Below, piece after piece: positions 9,346 through 18,965 of a stretch of 64,000 nt of DNA (its first letter is position 1; every line of letters begins with the position of its first letter). Below the pieces are notes generated by a model that saw only the letters and a list, made by a program, of their open reading frames with translations, was not told the origin of the DNA and made no database searches. The DNA comes from Klebsiella phage fENko-Kae01, in the sequence record OR228459.1, one strand, 5' to 3'. The position numbers and the translations under genes were made by a program.

Positions 9346-10311
9346 ATGAATAAATTAAACAGATCACAAGGTTGTTTAATGGGACTAGCTGTAGGTGATG
9401 CAGTAGGAACTACCTTAGAATTTAAACAAAGAGATTCAGAGAATATCACTGATATGGTAGGTGGTGGCCCATTCCAATTAGAAGTAGGTCAATGGACTGA
9501 TGATACCAGTATGGCATTATGTTTAGGCTATGCATTGCTAGAAGATCATAAAGTAGAAACTTCTGATTGGTCTAGATTGCAATTAGTTAATTACGTTGAT
9601 TGGTACAAAAATGGTTATTGTAGTTCTAATGGATACTGCTTTGATATTGGCGGTACTACTAGTAATGCATTACTAAATTTCATCCGTAATGGTACACTTG
9701 TTAACAACGATCATTTTCTTGATTCTGGTAATGGTAGTTTAATGCGTTTAGCTCCAATCCCAATCTATTATAATACTGGTGCTGATGTTGATAAGTTCAC
9801 CTATTTGTGTTATGCAGCCGATATGAGCAGTTCAACTACACATGCAAGTACTTTATGTCGTCAGTCATGTGTTGCGTTTGCTGTACTACTTAATCGTGCT
9901 TTAAATGGCCCGATTGAATTAGAAAATGTTGAACATGATGTATTACAATCAAAGCGTTCATTACTTTCTTTCCCAGAAAAAGTTTGGGAAGGTCTTGTGA
10001 GTGAACCTTTAGTACTAGAAATCATGAATGGTTCTTATAAGAATAAGTCACGTGATGAAATTAGTTCTAGTGGGTATGTTATTGATAGCTTAGAAGCCGC
10101 TCTATGGTGCTTCTGGAACACCGAAAACTTCCGTGACGCAATCCTATTAGCTGCTAACTTAGGTGACGATGCAGACACCGTAGCGGCAATTACAGGGCAG
10201 ATTGCAGGTGCTTTCTATGGTCTTGATGGTATACCAGATGAATGGGTACAGAAGATTGCCAAGAAAGATGAAATTTTACAATTAGCAGAGGACTTGACAG
10301 ATGGGAATTAA
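9346..10311 (+). CDS. ADP-ribosylglycohydrolase family protein (DraG/ARH3-like)
   Basis: N-terminal GCLMGLAVGDAVGTTLEF and QWTDDTSMAL signature motifs. Confidence 0.85.
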   Translation: MNKLNRSQGCLMGLAVGDAVGTTLEFKQRDSENITDMVGGGPFQLEVGQWTDDTSMALCLGYALLEDHKVETSDWSRLQLVNYVDWYKNGYCSSNGYCFDIGGTTSNALLNFIRNGTLVNNDHFLDSGNGSLMRLAPIPIYYNTGADVDKFTYLCYAADMSSSTTHASTLCRQSCVAFAVLLNRALNGPIELENVEHDVLQSKRSLLSFPEKVWEGLVSEPLVLEIMNGSYKNKSRDEISSSGYVIDSLEAALWCFWNTENFRDAILLAANLGDDADTVAAITGQIAGAFYGLDGIPDEWVQKIAKKDEILQLAEDLTDGN

Positions 10312-10522
10312 TATGTCATATTGCATGTTCGAGAATACATCGGCTGCAATGCAAGAAATTATTGACAAAATGTATGAAGATGACTTTGATCCAAACGAAC
10401 TATCTTCATACGAAAAACGTGCTTTCGATGCTCTATACGATCAAGTACAAACAATTAAAGACCGCCTAGATGAGCTAGAAGAACGTGAATGGTTAGATGA
10501 GGATGAAGACAGTGAAGAATGA
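10301..10522 (+). CDS. acidic small protein
   Basis: ORF 73 aa overlapping upstream stop. Confidence 0.45.
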   Translation: MGINMSYCMFENTSAAMQEIIDKMYEDDFDPNELSSYEKRAFDALYDQVQTIKDRLDELEEREWLDEDEDSEE

Positions 10523-10715
10523 TGAACTACCATATATTGTAACAGAACGAACTGTTATTGATTTAGCATATAACCCAAACTATGGAGATAATCGTCTTTG
10601 TACGTGCGGTCATTCATATCATCGCCATTTCGATTCATATGAAGATATGGAACCAGTAGGTTGCAAATATTGTGGTTGCTTTGAATTCGTAGAAAAACTT
10701 GACAACGACAAATAA
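10497..10715 (+). CDS. Cys-rich small protein (zinc-binding candidate)
   Basis: CTCGHSYHRH and CKYCGC motifs. Confidence 0.45.
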   Translation: MRMKTVKNDELPYIVTERTVIDLAYNPNYGDNRLCTCGHSYHRHFDSYEDMEPVGCKYCGCFEFVEKLDNDK

Positions 10716-10727
10716 AGAGGATATAAT

Positions 10728-10919
10728 ATGCATCCAATATTAAAAATTATTTTTGTTATAGTTATTTTTAATACTATTATGGGTGCTATTAATGTATTTT
10801 TCATTGATAACATCGAAATCAAAACAACGTTGAACGTTATCATGTTTGTACTCATAGGTATTGAACTCATCCTATGTAGTATTTGTTGGCATTCACCACT
10901 CGGAGAGAAAATAAAATGA
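10728..10919 (+). CDS. small membrane protein
   Basis: 63 aa, two hydrophobic helices, RBS agagga. Confidence 0.45.
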   Translation: MHPILKIIFVIVIFNTIMGAINVFFIDNIEIKTTLNVIMFVLIGIELILCSICWHSPLGEKIK

Positions 10920-11410
10920 AATATTACATGGTAAATGAAACGGATGCTAGTGGTGCTGGACGCACGAACTTCACATACTATAAACTTTCAGATTCCAGCA
11001 CTTTAGAAGATGCTAAAGAAATTTACACTGATGAAAATCCTTGGGTTAAGTATCAAGAATGTTCTCGTATGAAAGCCTTTGAAATTGATGAAAGTACTTA
11101 CAACGCTGGTTTAGCTTTCAATCGTTACAATGAAGTATGTAACGAATCATACAATCGTGAGTGGAAAGAAGGAACTAAGCAATACCACAATGGTTATCTA
11201 GCAGAACATTATAACTTCTTTGCTACTCGCAAATGGGCCGAAATGTTTGCTAATCCAAATAAGATTGTGCGTATTGGTTATCCTAAATTACACAATGTTT
11301 ATAAAATGGATGAAAACCGTAATTTACATTTCGTCTATCATTACTGTAATGATATAGATTTTCGTGATGATACACGTGGTCGTGAAGTAATAAGCTGGTA
11401 TAAAAAATGA
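10916..11410 (+). CDS. hypothetical protein
   Basis: ATG 10916 with RBS ggagagaaaa; the track start at 10883 overlaps the previous ORF. Confidence 0.5.
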   Translation: MKYYMVNETDASGAGRTNFTYYKLSDSSTLEDAKEIYTDENPWVKYQECSRMKAFEIDESTYNAGLAFNRYNEVCNESYNREWKEGTKQYHNGYLAEHYNFFATRKWAEMFANPNKIVRIGYPKLHNVYKMDENRNLHFVYHYCNDIDFRDDTRGREVISWYKK

Positions 11411-11607
11411 AAAAAGAACCTGTTTACGAACAGAAACTTTATTGTCCTCAATGTAAGAATGTGTACCAGTACAGAACGAATGAATGTGAAGTCTGTGGCT
11501 TCGCTATTCACAATCATTTTTGGGTCGATGAACGGTTTAAGGAATTACGCTCTTTCCGTGCTATCCGCTCAATGGAAAAATACATGGAAAATATGAGGAA
11601 CGAATGA
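11407..11607 (+). CDS. zinc-ribbon small protein
   Basis: CPQC..CEVCG. Confidence 0.45.
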   Translation: MKKEPVYEQKLYCPQCKNVYQYRTNECEVCGFAIHNHFWVDERFKELRSFRAIRSMEKYMENMRNE

Positions 11608-11984
11608 ATATTACAGAACAAATGAAAACCATCCCATTTTTAAGTACTCGTATCTTCATTGAGGATGGTTATGAAAAAACTGTGAGTATTATCGCTTACC
11701 GTGATAGTGAAGATTCACCATATAGTAATATTATTGCATGTCCACAATGCAATGGTATTGGTGCAATGGTAACTCTATTCACGAATGGTTGCATGGTCAA
11801 GTTAGATATGAATAAACTAATAATCACTGTTAACATTCCCGGTGATGAACCGTCTATTGCAACCTTTCCTCTTAATGTTGATGAGGGTGGCTTTTTCCAA
11901 GAAACAGTACTTCATGATTTCAAGGATATTACGTTCGAGCACCTAAAGGCTGTTCGTGATGTAGTGGAACTATATAATGACTAA
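11604..11984 (+). CDS. small protein, FQxS-motif paralog family member (zinc ribbon CPQCNGIG)
   Basis: C-terminal GGFFQETVLHDF. Confidence 0.5.
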   Translation: MNITEQMKTIPFLSTRIFIEDGYEKTVSIIAYRDSEDSPYSNIIACPQCNGIGAMVTLFTNGCMVKLDMNKLIITVNIPGDEPSIATFPLNVDEGGFFQETVLHDFKDITFEHLKAVRDVVELYND

Positions 11985-12411
11985 TTCTGAAAAGTTAAAC
12001 AAGATGTTGTATACATTCTTTTTAGCTGATGATGGGATTTACAATGAAGAACGTATCTTTTCTTACATGTCTTGTAATGCAACGAGATCAAAAGAATCAT
12101 TTGACACATTCTATTATATGGATGCAAGATGTTCATTGAATTTTGATTGTATTGAGGGTGTATTCAATAAGTTAATACTTTATCCTGATAGTTATAATTC
12201 AGACGTACCATTTTTGAGTATTGATAGGGATGGTATGATTATTGGTGGTTGTGCAGGTAATGATAAAGATCTTTTCTTTTATAAAGATTGCATTCCTACC
12301 AGTACTGAATTAAAGAAAATTGGTATGAATTGCGAAACATTGGATTTACTTAATTTCATATTGATTAAATTCAAACCAATCATGGATAGGATACAGAAGA
12401 AATTTAAATAA
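11977..12411 (+). CDS. hypothetical protein
   Basis: ORF 144 aa. Confidence 0.5.
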   Translation: MTNSEKLNKMLYTFFLADDGIYNEERIFSYMSCNATRSKESFDTFYYMDARCSLNFDCIEGVFNKLILYPDSYNSDVPFLSIDRDGMIIGGCAGNDKDLFFYKDCIPTSTELKKIGMNCETLDLLNFILIKFKPIMDRIQKKFK

Positions 12412-12414
12412 ATC

Positions 12415-12446
12415 TTGGGACAAACTAGGATTTATGTGATATAATA
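12415..12446 (+). promoter_or_regulatory. conserved phage promoter TTGGGACAAA-N13-TGTGATATAAT
   Basis: copy 2; precedes tRNA. Confidence 0.6.
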
Positions 12447-12453
12447 TAATTAC

Positions 12454-12544
<91 letters not shown>

Positions 12545-12562
12545 TTTTAAAACGAGGTTTAT

Positions 12563-13834
12563 ATGGGTAGCTTTAATGCATCATGTGCAGTAAGTAAGTG
12601 TAGTATTAACCCCGGAGATCGTGTAAAATTGATCCCAATTGTAAGTACCACATCATTGAATACCGAATATAGCTCCCAAATGCATTTAGGTTTTGGATGC
12701 TATTGTTATGATTATTTCAAATTCTTAGGTTTACCTATGGATGCGACATATGAAGATTATGGTAATTTTGATGTATTACCGGGATTTGCATCGAACTACA
12801 ATTTGAGTATTATTAAACAAAATTATACTCAAACGCCATTACCAACAGATGCAGAAGAACGTAGATATCTCGATCGTGAACCATATGAAACCACGGCTGA
12901 TGATTTAGATTGGGAAACTATTGGTAAGATGATCCATTACGGAACTATCTTCCTTGATAGCAATCAAGATTTTTCCCGTCGCAAACATCTAGGGTTTTTT
13001 CCTATTCTAGAATGCGTATACAACGTTATGATGGAACGCACACACGAGATGTACTTTGACAACCATTATTCTCGCGTAACACTAGATCAGTACTACGAAA
13101 GTCAAGTACAAGAACTTTCTGGATTCTCAAAAGAACTTGAAGCTAAGATTTCTGAATATATGGAACTTTTTGGTGATAGTATTGGTGAGATTGGTAAATC
13201 TGGTAAGGTAATCACTGCCGAAGAGATTTATGAAAAAGCTGTACGCATGGCAGAGTTTAGTATTGGTAGTCATACCAATCGTGATGAGTACTCATATAAG
13301 AATACGTCAAGTATGACAACTATCCGTGAATCATATCAAGATTTGTACTCAAAACCATTGACTGATAATGAAGAACTTGCTATCATTAGACTTAAGGTTG
13401 AATTGCTTTTTGTGGTATGTGCACTAAATGCATTCCAGATTCCAATTCTACCTCCTATGACAGCAGGACAGCAGTACGATAAAACTGAACATGCATCTTT
13501 CTTGATTCGTATTGGTCAAGAGATTATGAACATGCAAAATAAAGACAATGATGAATCCGAGTTCAACGAATGGGAATTCAACACCACTGTTTCAGCGGTA
13601 GTTCAGGTTTCTTTGCAGAAATTGAGAGCACGTGCTGATAATGATTATCAGAATGAACGTGGTAAAAAAGCACTTGAACTAATTGATGATTTCGTGTTAG
13701 AATACCCTAATGGTATGGAAATGAATACTTCTGAACTTATGAACAGTAAGTATGCATTATTCACTGAGTACTTTGAAAGTAACCTACTTAACTTCAAATT
13801 CATTGTTGACTTAACTGATGAAGATGGGGTATAA
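12563..13834 (+). CDS. hypothetical protein (423 aa)
   Basis: long ORF, RBS acgaggtt. Confidence 0.6.
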   Translation: MGSFNASCAVSKCSINPGDRVKLIPIVSTTSLNTEYSSQMHLGFGCYCYDYFKFLGLPMDATYEDYGNFDVLPGFASNYNLSIIKQNYTQTPLPTDAEERRYLDREPYETTADDLDWETIGKMIHYGTIFLDSNQDFSRRKHLGFFPILECVYNVMMERTHEMYFDNHYSRVTLDQYYESQVQELSGFSKELEAKISEYMELFGDSIGEIGKSGKVITAEEIYEKAVRMAEFSIGSHTNRDEYSYKNTSSMTTIRESYQDLYSKPLTDNEELAIIRLKVELLFVVCALNAFQIPILPPMTAGQQYDKTEHASFLIRIGQEIMNMQNKDNDESEFNEWEFNTTVSAVVQVSLQKLRARADNDYQNERGKKALELIDDFVLEYPNGMEMNTSELMNSKYALFTEYFESNLLNFKFIVDLTDEDGV

Positions 13835-13839
13835 TAAAT

Positions 13840-14193
13840 ATGAAAGTCGGTGAACTTTTAGAGATTTTGAAACAATTACCACCACAAGCTGAGGTTGTAA
13901 TTCCAGTAAAATCCACATTAGATACTATTGGGCCAACCCCAAGCACTAAAATACATGCTGTATATAATGGTTTTGATTGGGATTCTGGGACTGTTCAAAT
14001 TTGGACTGATGACGTTTTAGTACGTTTCACACCAGAGCAGCTTGAAGCATTCAAAGTAATGCAAAATGAAGCTCGTATGGTACGCCGTTCTGCATGGGCT
14101 GAGGCTCGTAATAAAGGTACAGACTATAATGCGGCAATGCATGACACAGAAAAAGATGTACACCCGTTGTTCAGGGTAACAAAGGATAAGTAA
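13840..14193 (+). CDS. hypothetical protein
   Basis: ORF 117 aa. Confidence 0.5.
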   Translation: MKVGELLEILKQLPPQAEVVIPVKSTLDTIGPTPSTKIHAVYNGFDWDSGTVQIWTDDVLVRFTPEQLEAFKVMQNEARMVRRSAWAEARNKGTDYNAAMHDTEKDVHPLFRVTKDK

Positions 14194-14735
14194 TGGTAAA
14201 AGATATTCAACAACTAATTTCTCAGATTGAAGAATTCCTTAGTGATAAAGAAGGATTCAGTACTGAAGTAACAAATAATAAATGTGTAATTAAGATTACC
14301 AATCCCGGTGATCGTGAAGTTCAATATGATGGTTATGAACTACTACTTTACACACTAGGTACACGTAAACTTGGAAGTGATATTGAACTAAATATTCATG
14401 ACACTGAAGATGGTAAGGTATTTGCAATTAATACTGAAGCTAAACTTGACCTACGTCAATATATGGCTGATGTGAATGCTGAACTATGCACAATTGATGA
14501 TGAAGACGTACAAAGTATTGTTGTATGTGATCAAACTGCGGAAGTTCCCCATCCTTATTGTGTACTAACGATTTTCAAAAACGGGAATTGGCTACGTCAA
14601 GACTTGACTATGGCAGAACTACTTTATGCAGCAACGCATGAACTTGTCGTTGAGAAAGTTGATGGTGCGTATGTTTATCCTAAACTACGTGAGCTAGCAA
14701 ATCGTGTGATTTCCGAAGTCCAAGAAAATAAATAA
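14193..14735 (+). CDS. hypothetical protein
   Basis: ATG overlaps upstream stop. Confidence 0.5.
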   Translation: MVKDIQQLISQIEEFLSDKEGFSTEVTNNKCVIKITNPGDREVQYDGYELLLYTLGTRKLGSDIELNIHDTEDGKVFAINTEAKLDLRQYMADVNAELCTIDDEDVQSIVVCDQTAEVPHPYCVLTIFKNGNWLRQDLTMAELLYAATHELVVEKVDGAYVYPKLRELANRVISEVQENK

Positions 14736-14742
14736 AAAAAAC

Positions 14743-14773
14743 TTGGGACAAATCACTGAAAATGTGATATAAT
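14743..14773 (+). promoter_or_regulatory. conserved phage promoter TTGGGACAAA-N13-TGTGATATAAT
   Basis: copy 3; precedes tRNA-Thr. Confidence 0.6.
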
Positions 14774-14820
14774 ATAATTATGATAAGGAACGTGTTTGTG
14801 TTATTATCCTTATCATTTTC

Positions 14821-14896
14821 TGCTGCAATAGCTCAGTAGGTAGAGCAACTCACTTGTAATGAGAAGGTCGCGGGTTCGATTCCTGCTTGCAGCACC
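14821..14896 (+). tRNA. tRNA-Thr (anticodon TGT)
   Basis: cloverleaf: acceptor gctgcaa/ttgcagc, anticodon loop cttgtaa, T-loop ttcgatt, CCA encoded. Confidence 0.8.
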
Positions 14897-14963
14897 AATA
14901 TCCAGCGTTGTTTAGTTTTTTCTCCTTTTTAGGCTAAACAACATTCCCTTTAATTTTGTTATT

Positions 14964-14993
14964 GACTTTTGCCCGAACATGTGTTACAATATG
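14964..14993 (+). promoter_or_regulatory. sigma70-like promoter
   Basis: ttgacttttgcccgaacatgtgttacaat. Confidence 0.45.
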
Positions 14994-15017
14994 AACGGGC
15001 TTTCTTTTGGAGAAAAA

Positions 15018-15203
15018 ATGTCAAATATGATGAAGAAGTGGCTTGTAGGATTCTGTATTGTTCTTTACGTCCTACTCGTAATGTTTAACGTAGTACCCGG
15101 AATGATATCGGCTCCCGATACTCTCCAAAACGTGCTCGGAAGTGCAATCTTTGTATTCAGTTTCCCAGCAATCTATGTAATTATCAAGAAGGTATTCAAA
15201 TAA
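15018..15203 (+). CDS. small membrane protein (possible NfeD/YqiJ-like SPFH partner)
   Basis: 61 aa, two TM helices, directly upstream of and overlapping the SPFH gene. Confidence 0.45.
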   Translation: MSNMMKKWLVGFCIVLYVLLVMFNVVPGMISAPDTLQNVLGSAIFVFSFPAIYVIIKKVFK

Positions 15204-16042
15204 TGTTCAAGAAAATTCTACTAGCAGTTGGTCTTATGGTTGGTGCACTAACCCTATCAGGTTGTGACCGTGTTGAACCGGGTTTTGTTGGTATTAAAGT
15301 CAACAAACTAGGTGATGATAAAGGTGTTGGTGAAGTTGTTGGTGTGGGCCGTGTATGGACTGGTATTAATACTGACCTATACGTTTTCCCAATGTTCAAA
15401 CAAATGAAATCATATGATGATGTGTTTACTTTCCAAATGCGTGACGGTACTACAATCGGTTATCATATTGGCGTTTCCTATAAAGTTGACCCAACTAAAG
15501 TTAAAACTGTTTTCCAAACGTATCGTAAAGGTGTAGATGATATTACCGATACTGACCTACGTATGAAAATCAGTGATTCACTAACTAGCCTAGCTAGTAA
15601 AATGACTACTGACCAATTTATCGACGGTGGTAAAGCTGCACTACTAGACGATGCACTAAAAGCTCTACAAGCTGAAATGAATCCAATTGGTATTCAAATC
15701 ATGAGTCTATCTTGGATTGGTAAACCAGAGTATCCACCAAGTGTTATTGATTCTATCAATGCTAAAGTAACGGCTAACCAGAAAACGCTACAACGTCAGC
15801 AAGAAGTACAGCAACGTGAAGCGGAAGCTAACATGAAACGTGCTGAAGCAGCAGGTGAAGCAGATGCTAAACTACGTCTAGCACAAGCGGAAGCTAAGAG
15901 TATCGAGATTCTAGGTGAAGCACTACGCCGCAACCCAGATGTTAAAGAACTTAAAGCTATTGAGAAGTGGGATGGTAAGCTACCCGGTATGATGGGTTCC
16001 CAAGCTGTGCCATTTGTACAAATTCCAAATTCTGCTAATTAA
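15203..16042 (+). CDS. SPFH/Band-7 (stomatin-prohibitin-like) lipoprotein
   Basis: lipobox LTLSGC; SPFH-like core; Ala/Glu/Gln-rich coiled-coil C-terminus. Confidence 0.6.
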   Translation: MFKKILLAVGLMVGALTLSGCDRVEPGFVGIKVNKLGDDKGVGEVVGVGRVWTGINTDLYVFPMFKQMKSYDDVFTFQMRDGTTIGYHIGVSYKVDPTKVKTVFQTYRKGVDDITDTDLRMKISDSLTSLASKMTTDQFIDGGKAALLDDALKALQAEMNPIGIQIMSLSWIGKPEYPPSVIDSINAKVTANQKTLQRQQEVQQREAEANMKRAEAAGEADAKLRLAQAEAKSIEILGEALRRNPDVKELKAIEKWDGKLPGMMGSQAVPFVQIPNSAN

Positions 16043-16108
16043 CAATTTGTGAATTCCTAAGCTCCTTCAGATGAAGGGGCTTTTATTTTACCCATAGGAA
16101 ATAACCTT

Positions 16109-16501
16109 ATGTTTGATGTGGAAAATTTTATTAGTTCTCTTGAAGTTTTTGCTAGTCAAGAATCAATCAATTATACTATGATGAAAAAGAGTTTTGATTG
16201 TACTAAACATCTAGAAATTGATTCTTTCTCATCTAAAATGAAAATACGAATTAAAAAAAATGATCCAGAACTAGAGTATGAGTTGATCTATGACCCAGAT
16301 ATGGATTGGATTATATATGGATGTAGAAAAACACGATATATTTCCATTTATGGGGATTCAAGAAATATAGTATGTAGAAAATATTTTAAACAGATTAGTA
16401 CTAAACATTATGAATATGTTCCACCTGCGATCATAGAACTAATCAAACAACTTCATGAGCATATTATTATTTCAATTAAACTTAGGGAAAGAAATGGATA
16501 A
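16109..16501 (+). CDS. hypothetical protein
   Basis: ORF 130 aa. Confidence 0.5.
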   Translation: MFDVENFISSLEVFASQESINYTMMKKSFDCTKHLEIDSFSSKMKIRIKKNDPELEYELIYDPDMDWIIYGCRKTRYISIYGDSRNIVCRKYFKQISTKHYEYVPPAIIELIKQLHEHIIISIKLRERNG

Positions 16502-16919
16502 ATTTAAACAATATACAATACAACTATATAATAACTGTACAGAATTAATAGCCGATGTTCATCGCGGTCGTCGTAAATTTAGAAATATTTACGAATCAAC
16601 ACAAAAAGTGATCTTTGAAGACTTAGCTATGCGTACAGTGCAATTATCATCTAACGAGTTAGTACTTAAGTTTGAAAATATCTCAATATATTTCAGGGAT
16701 AATATCATTCAGTTTTGTCTTAATCAGATTTCTTATGTTCATGATGTAATATACATACCGAACAACAAAGATTTTTCTTTTTATGAAATTTATAGCGAAT
16801 GTGATCTATTTCAGTTAAGTACAGTAGTGGATACTAAATTAATCCGTTTCGAAGATATTGATTTATTGAATCGCATCAAATCATATTTTGAATACCGCCA
16901 TTTAGAAAATAATATTTGA
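16494..16919 (+). CDS. hypothetical protein
   Basis: ATG 16494 overlapping upstream stop. Confidence 0.45.
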   Translation: MDKFKQYTIQLYNNCTELIADVHRGRRKFRNIYESTQKVIFEDLAMRTVQLSSNELVLKFENISIYFRDNIIQFCLNQISYVHDVIYIPNNKDFSFYEIYSECDLFQLSTVVDTKLIRFEDIDLLNRIKSYFEYRHLENNI

Positions 16920-16965
16920 TTATACCCGGCACATATGCTATAGTGTATGAAAAAAGGAGATATGT

Positions 16966-17424
16966 ATGAATATGCAAGAATACATGAAGTTGTTTACTGA
17001 CGTTGATTTTTCAGCGTGGACAATATTGAGAAATCGCAATAATAATATTATTTGGCTAAATCAGAATATTGATGGTTTAAAAATTCATATCAACCTCGCT
17101 AATGAACCGAGTGTCCGTTTTTATCAATTTAAAAAAGATGAAAAGAATGTCAGTACTGAACGTATGACAATAACAAACAACTATATCAGATTTGAGGAAA
17201 TGGTTGTTCACTATAATGAAGAAACTAAAAAACACACTAGTGAAGAAAACATTATTGCATACGTACCTAAGTACAAAGAAATATTTTCAGAAGAACAATT
17301 CTTCCAAGAAAGTCTAGTTAATGATTATGGTGATTTGGGATATAACGACATTCTAGTATTATCAGATCTAAGAGACCGTGCGGTTGATATTGCTAAGAAG
17401 GAATTAGAAAATGTCGGAGCATGA
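16966..17424 (+). CDS. FQxS-motif paralog family member
   Basis: RBS aaaggagat; EEQFFQESLVNDYGD. Confidence 0.55.
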   Translation: MNMQEYMKLFTDVDFSAWTILRNRNNNIIWLNQNIDGLKIHINLANEPSVRFYQFKKDEKNVSTERMTITNNYIRFEEMVVHYNEETKKHTSEENIIAYVPKYKEIFSEEQFFQESLVNDYGDLGYNDILVLSDLRDRAVDIAKKELENVGA

Positions 17425-17959
17425 TATTATCAAAATGATTCCTAGTACTGCTAAAACTCTTCTCCGTAATATTTCATTCAAGAAGATGAAACGTACTACC
17501 CGTCAAAAAGGCCGTTATTATTATCGTGGGAAACTATATGATTGTTTACGTGTAATTATTGATGTAAATGAACACACGATTAAGTTTGCTCGTGAGTTGA
17601 AAGTTGGTTATGGTATGCGTAATGAATCATTGACATATGATTATAAGAATGGTACAGTACTAAAATACTTTCATGAACCATCAGCCTATGATGCTGATTA
17701 TAATAAAGTACAATACCCTTTTATTGATGATGAAGCCATGCATTTTATGGAAAGCACAATGCAAGATAAGTACTTTCCAACGGTAGAAGACTTTGCTAAA
17801 ATAAAAGAACTTAAAGAACATTTTTATGAGGATGCAAAAGCATGGGAGAACGAACTTTACCAGAAAGAACAGGAACGACGAAAGAAGAGTTGGAACGAAT
17901 GGCAAGCCAAATTAAAAGTAACCCAGAAGAAATCATCGGGAAAGCATACATCCTTCTAA
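17411..17959 (+). CDS. hypothetical basic protein
   Basis: ORF 182 aa. Confidence 0.5.
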   Translation: MSEHDIIKMIPSTAKTLLRNISFKKMKRTTRQKGRYYYRGKLYDCLRVIIDVNEHTIKFARELKVGYGMRNESLTYDYKNGTVLKYFHEPSAYDADYNKVQYPFIDDEAMHFMESTMQDKYFPTVEDFAKIKELKEHFYEDAKAWENELYQKEQERRKKSWNEWQAKLKVTQKKSSGKHTSF

Positions 17960-18288
17960 GGAAAGATTTGGAAATGCCTGAAGGTAAACTTGCTGCTCAA
18001 GCTGGACACGCTATGGATCTGCTATGGGATTATATGCGTACTGACGCCAGTGATGAAGAAATTGAAGAGTTTGATAAATGGCATGATTCAGGTCGTCGTA
18101 AAATTATCTTGCGTTTAAAAGACGAAAGTGATATGATTAAGATTAATAATAAACTCATCGAAGAAGGGTTTAAACCGCATTTAATCTACGACTACGGAAT
18201 CAACTTCTTTGATGGTTTGACATTCACTGGTTTAGTACTACTCAGTACTAAAGAAGTTAAAACTTTAAAACGTGTGAGGGTTTACTAA
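17899..18288 (+). CDS. peptidyl-tRNA hydrolase, PTH2 family
   Basis: KAYILLRKDLEMPEGKLAAQAGHA matches PTH2 signature (VVRxDLxMxxGKxAAQxxHA). Confidence 0.6.
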   Translation: MASQIKSNPEEIIGKAYILLRKDLEMPEGKLAAQAGHAMDLLWDYMRTDASDEEIEEFDKWHDSGRRKIILRLKDESDMIKINNKLIEEGFKPHLIYDYGINFFDGLTFTGLVLLSTKEVKTLKRVRVY

Positions 18289-18662
18289 TGAGACTTGAAC
18301 GTCATGGCGGTTTTTTTATTGGGTTTCTTTTAGCAATTTGGGTAGTTGGTAACTTGGCACATTATGCAATTGATGTATTAGCACCAAATGAGGAATTGGT
18401 TAAAAAAGCTGAACGTGAAAACAAACAGTTTGAAACATTACGTAATGATAGTGGTTTGTACGCTGAAGTACTAGAGCTAATCAAAACATGTAATGTTAAT
18501 GTTGAAGAAAAGACTGGTAATAAATTTTATATTTGTCCTAATGGTGAAAAAATTACCCAAATTAATTGGGAACGCGATCAAAAGACACGTGTCGGTGTAG
18601 TAACACGCTATTATGATAATAAAGGTAATTTACGTTTAATATACGGGCATCCAGACGATTAA
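18288..18662 (+). CDS. membrane-anchored hypothetical protein
   Basis: N-terminal TM. Confidence 0.5.
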   Translation: MRLERHGGFFIGFLLAIWVVGNLAHYAIDVLAPNEELVKKAERENKQFETLRNDSGLYAEVLELIKTCNVNVEEKTGNKFYICPNGEKITQINWERDQKTRVGVVTRYYDNKGNLRLIYGHPDD

Positions 18663-18671
18663 GGATAACAT

Positions 18672-18965
18672 ATGTTTAAAGAAATTAAACACAACACAAA
18701 AGAACACATTAGTGAAAATTTACTATATCATCCAGCAGAAGTTATGGTCAAAACTACATCTGGTTATAAAGTACTACCACTATATGTACGGGAAAGCAAT
18801 GGACATGTTTACGCAAAGAATGGTCAATTTTACATTGCACTTATGAAGCAAAGCATCACAAGCAACTCAAAAATTACATGGGTTGAGCTAGATGGGCTTG
18901 ACGAAGTGTATGAAAAATGTTATCTTGTATATAAATCTGACAAAGGCGAAGCAGTTAAGGAGTGA
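18672..18965 (+). CDS. hypothetical protein
   Basis: ORF 97 aa. Confidence 0.5.
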   Translation: MFKEIKHNTKEHISENLLYHPAEVMVKTTSGYKVLPLYVRESNGHVYAKNGQFYIALMKQSITSNSKITWVELDGLDEVYEKCYLVYKSDKGEAVKE

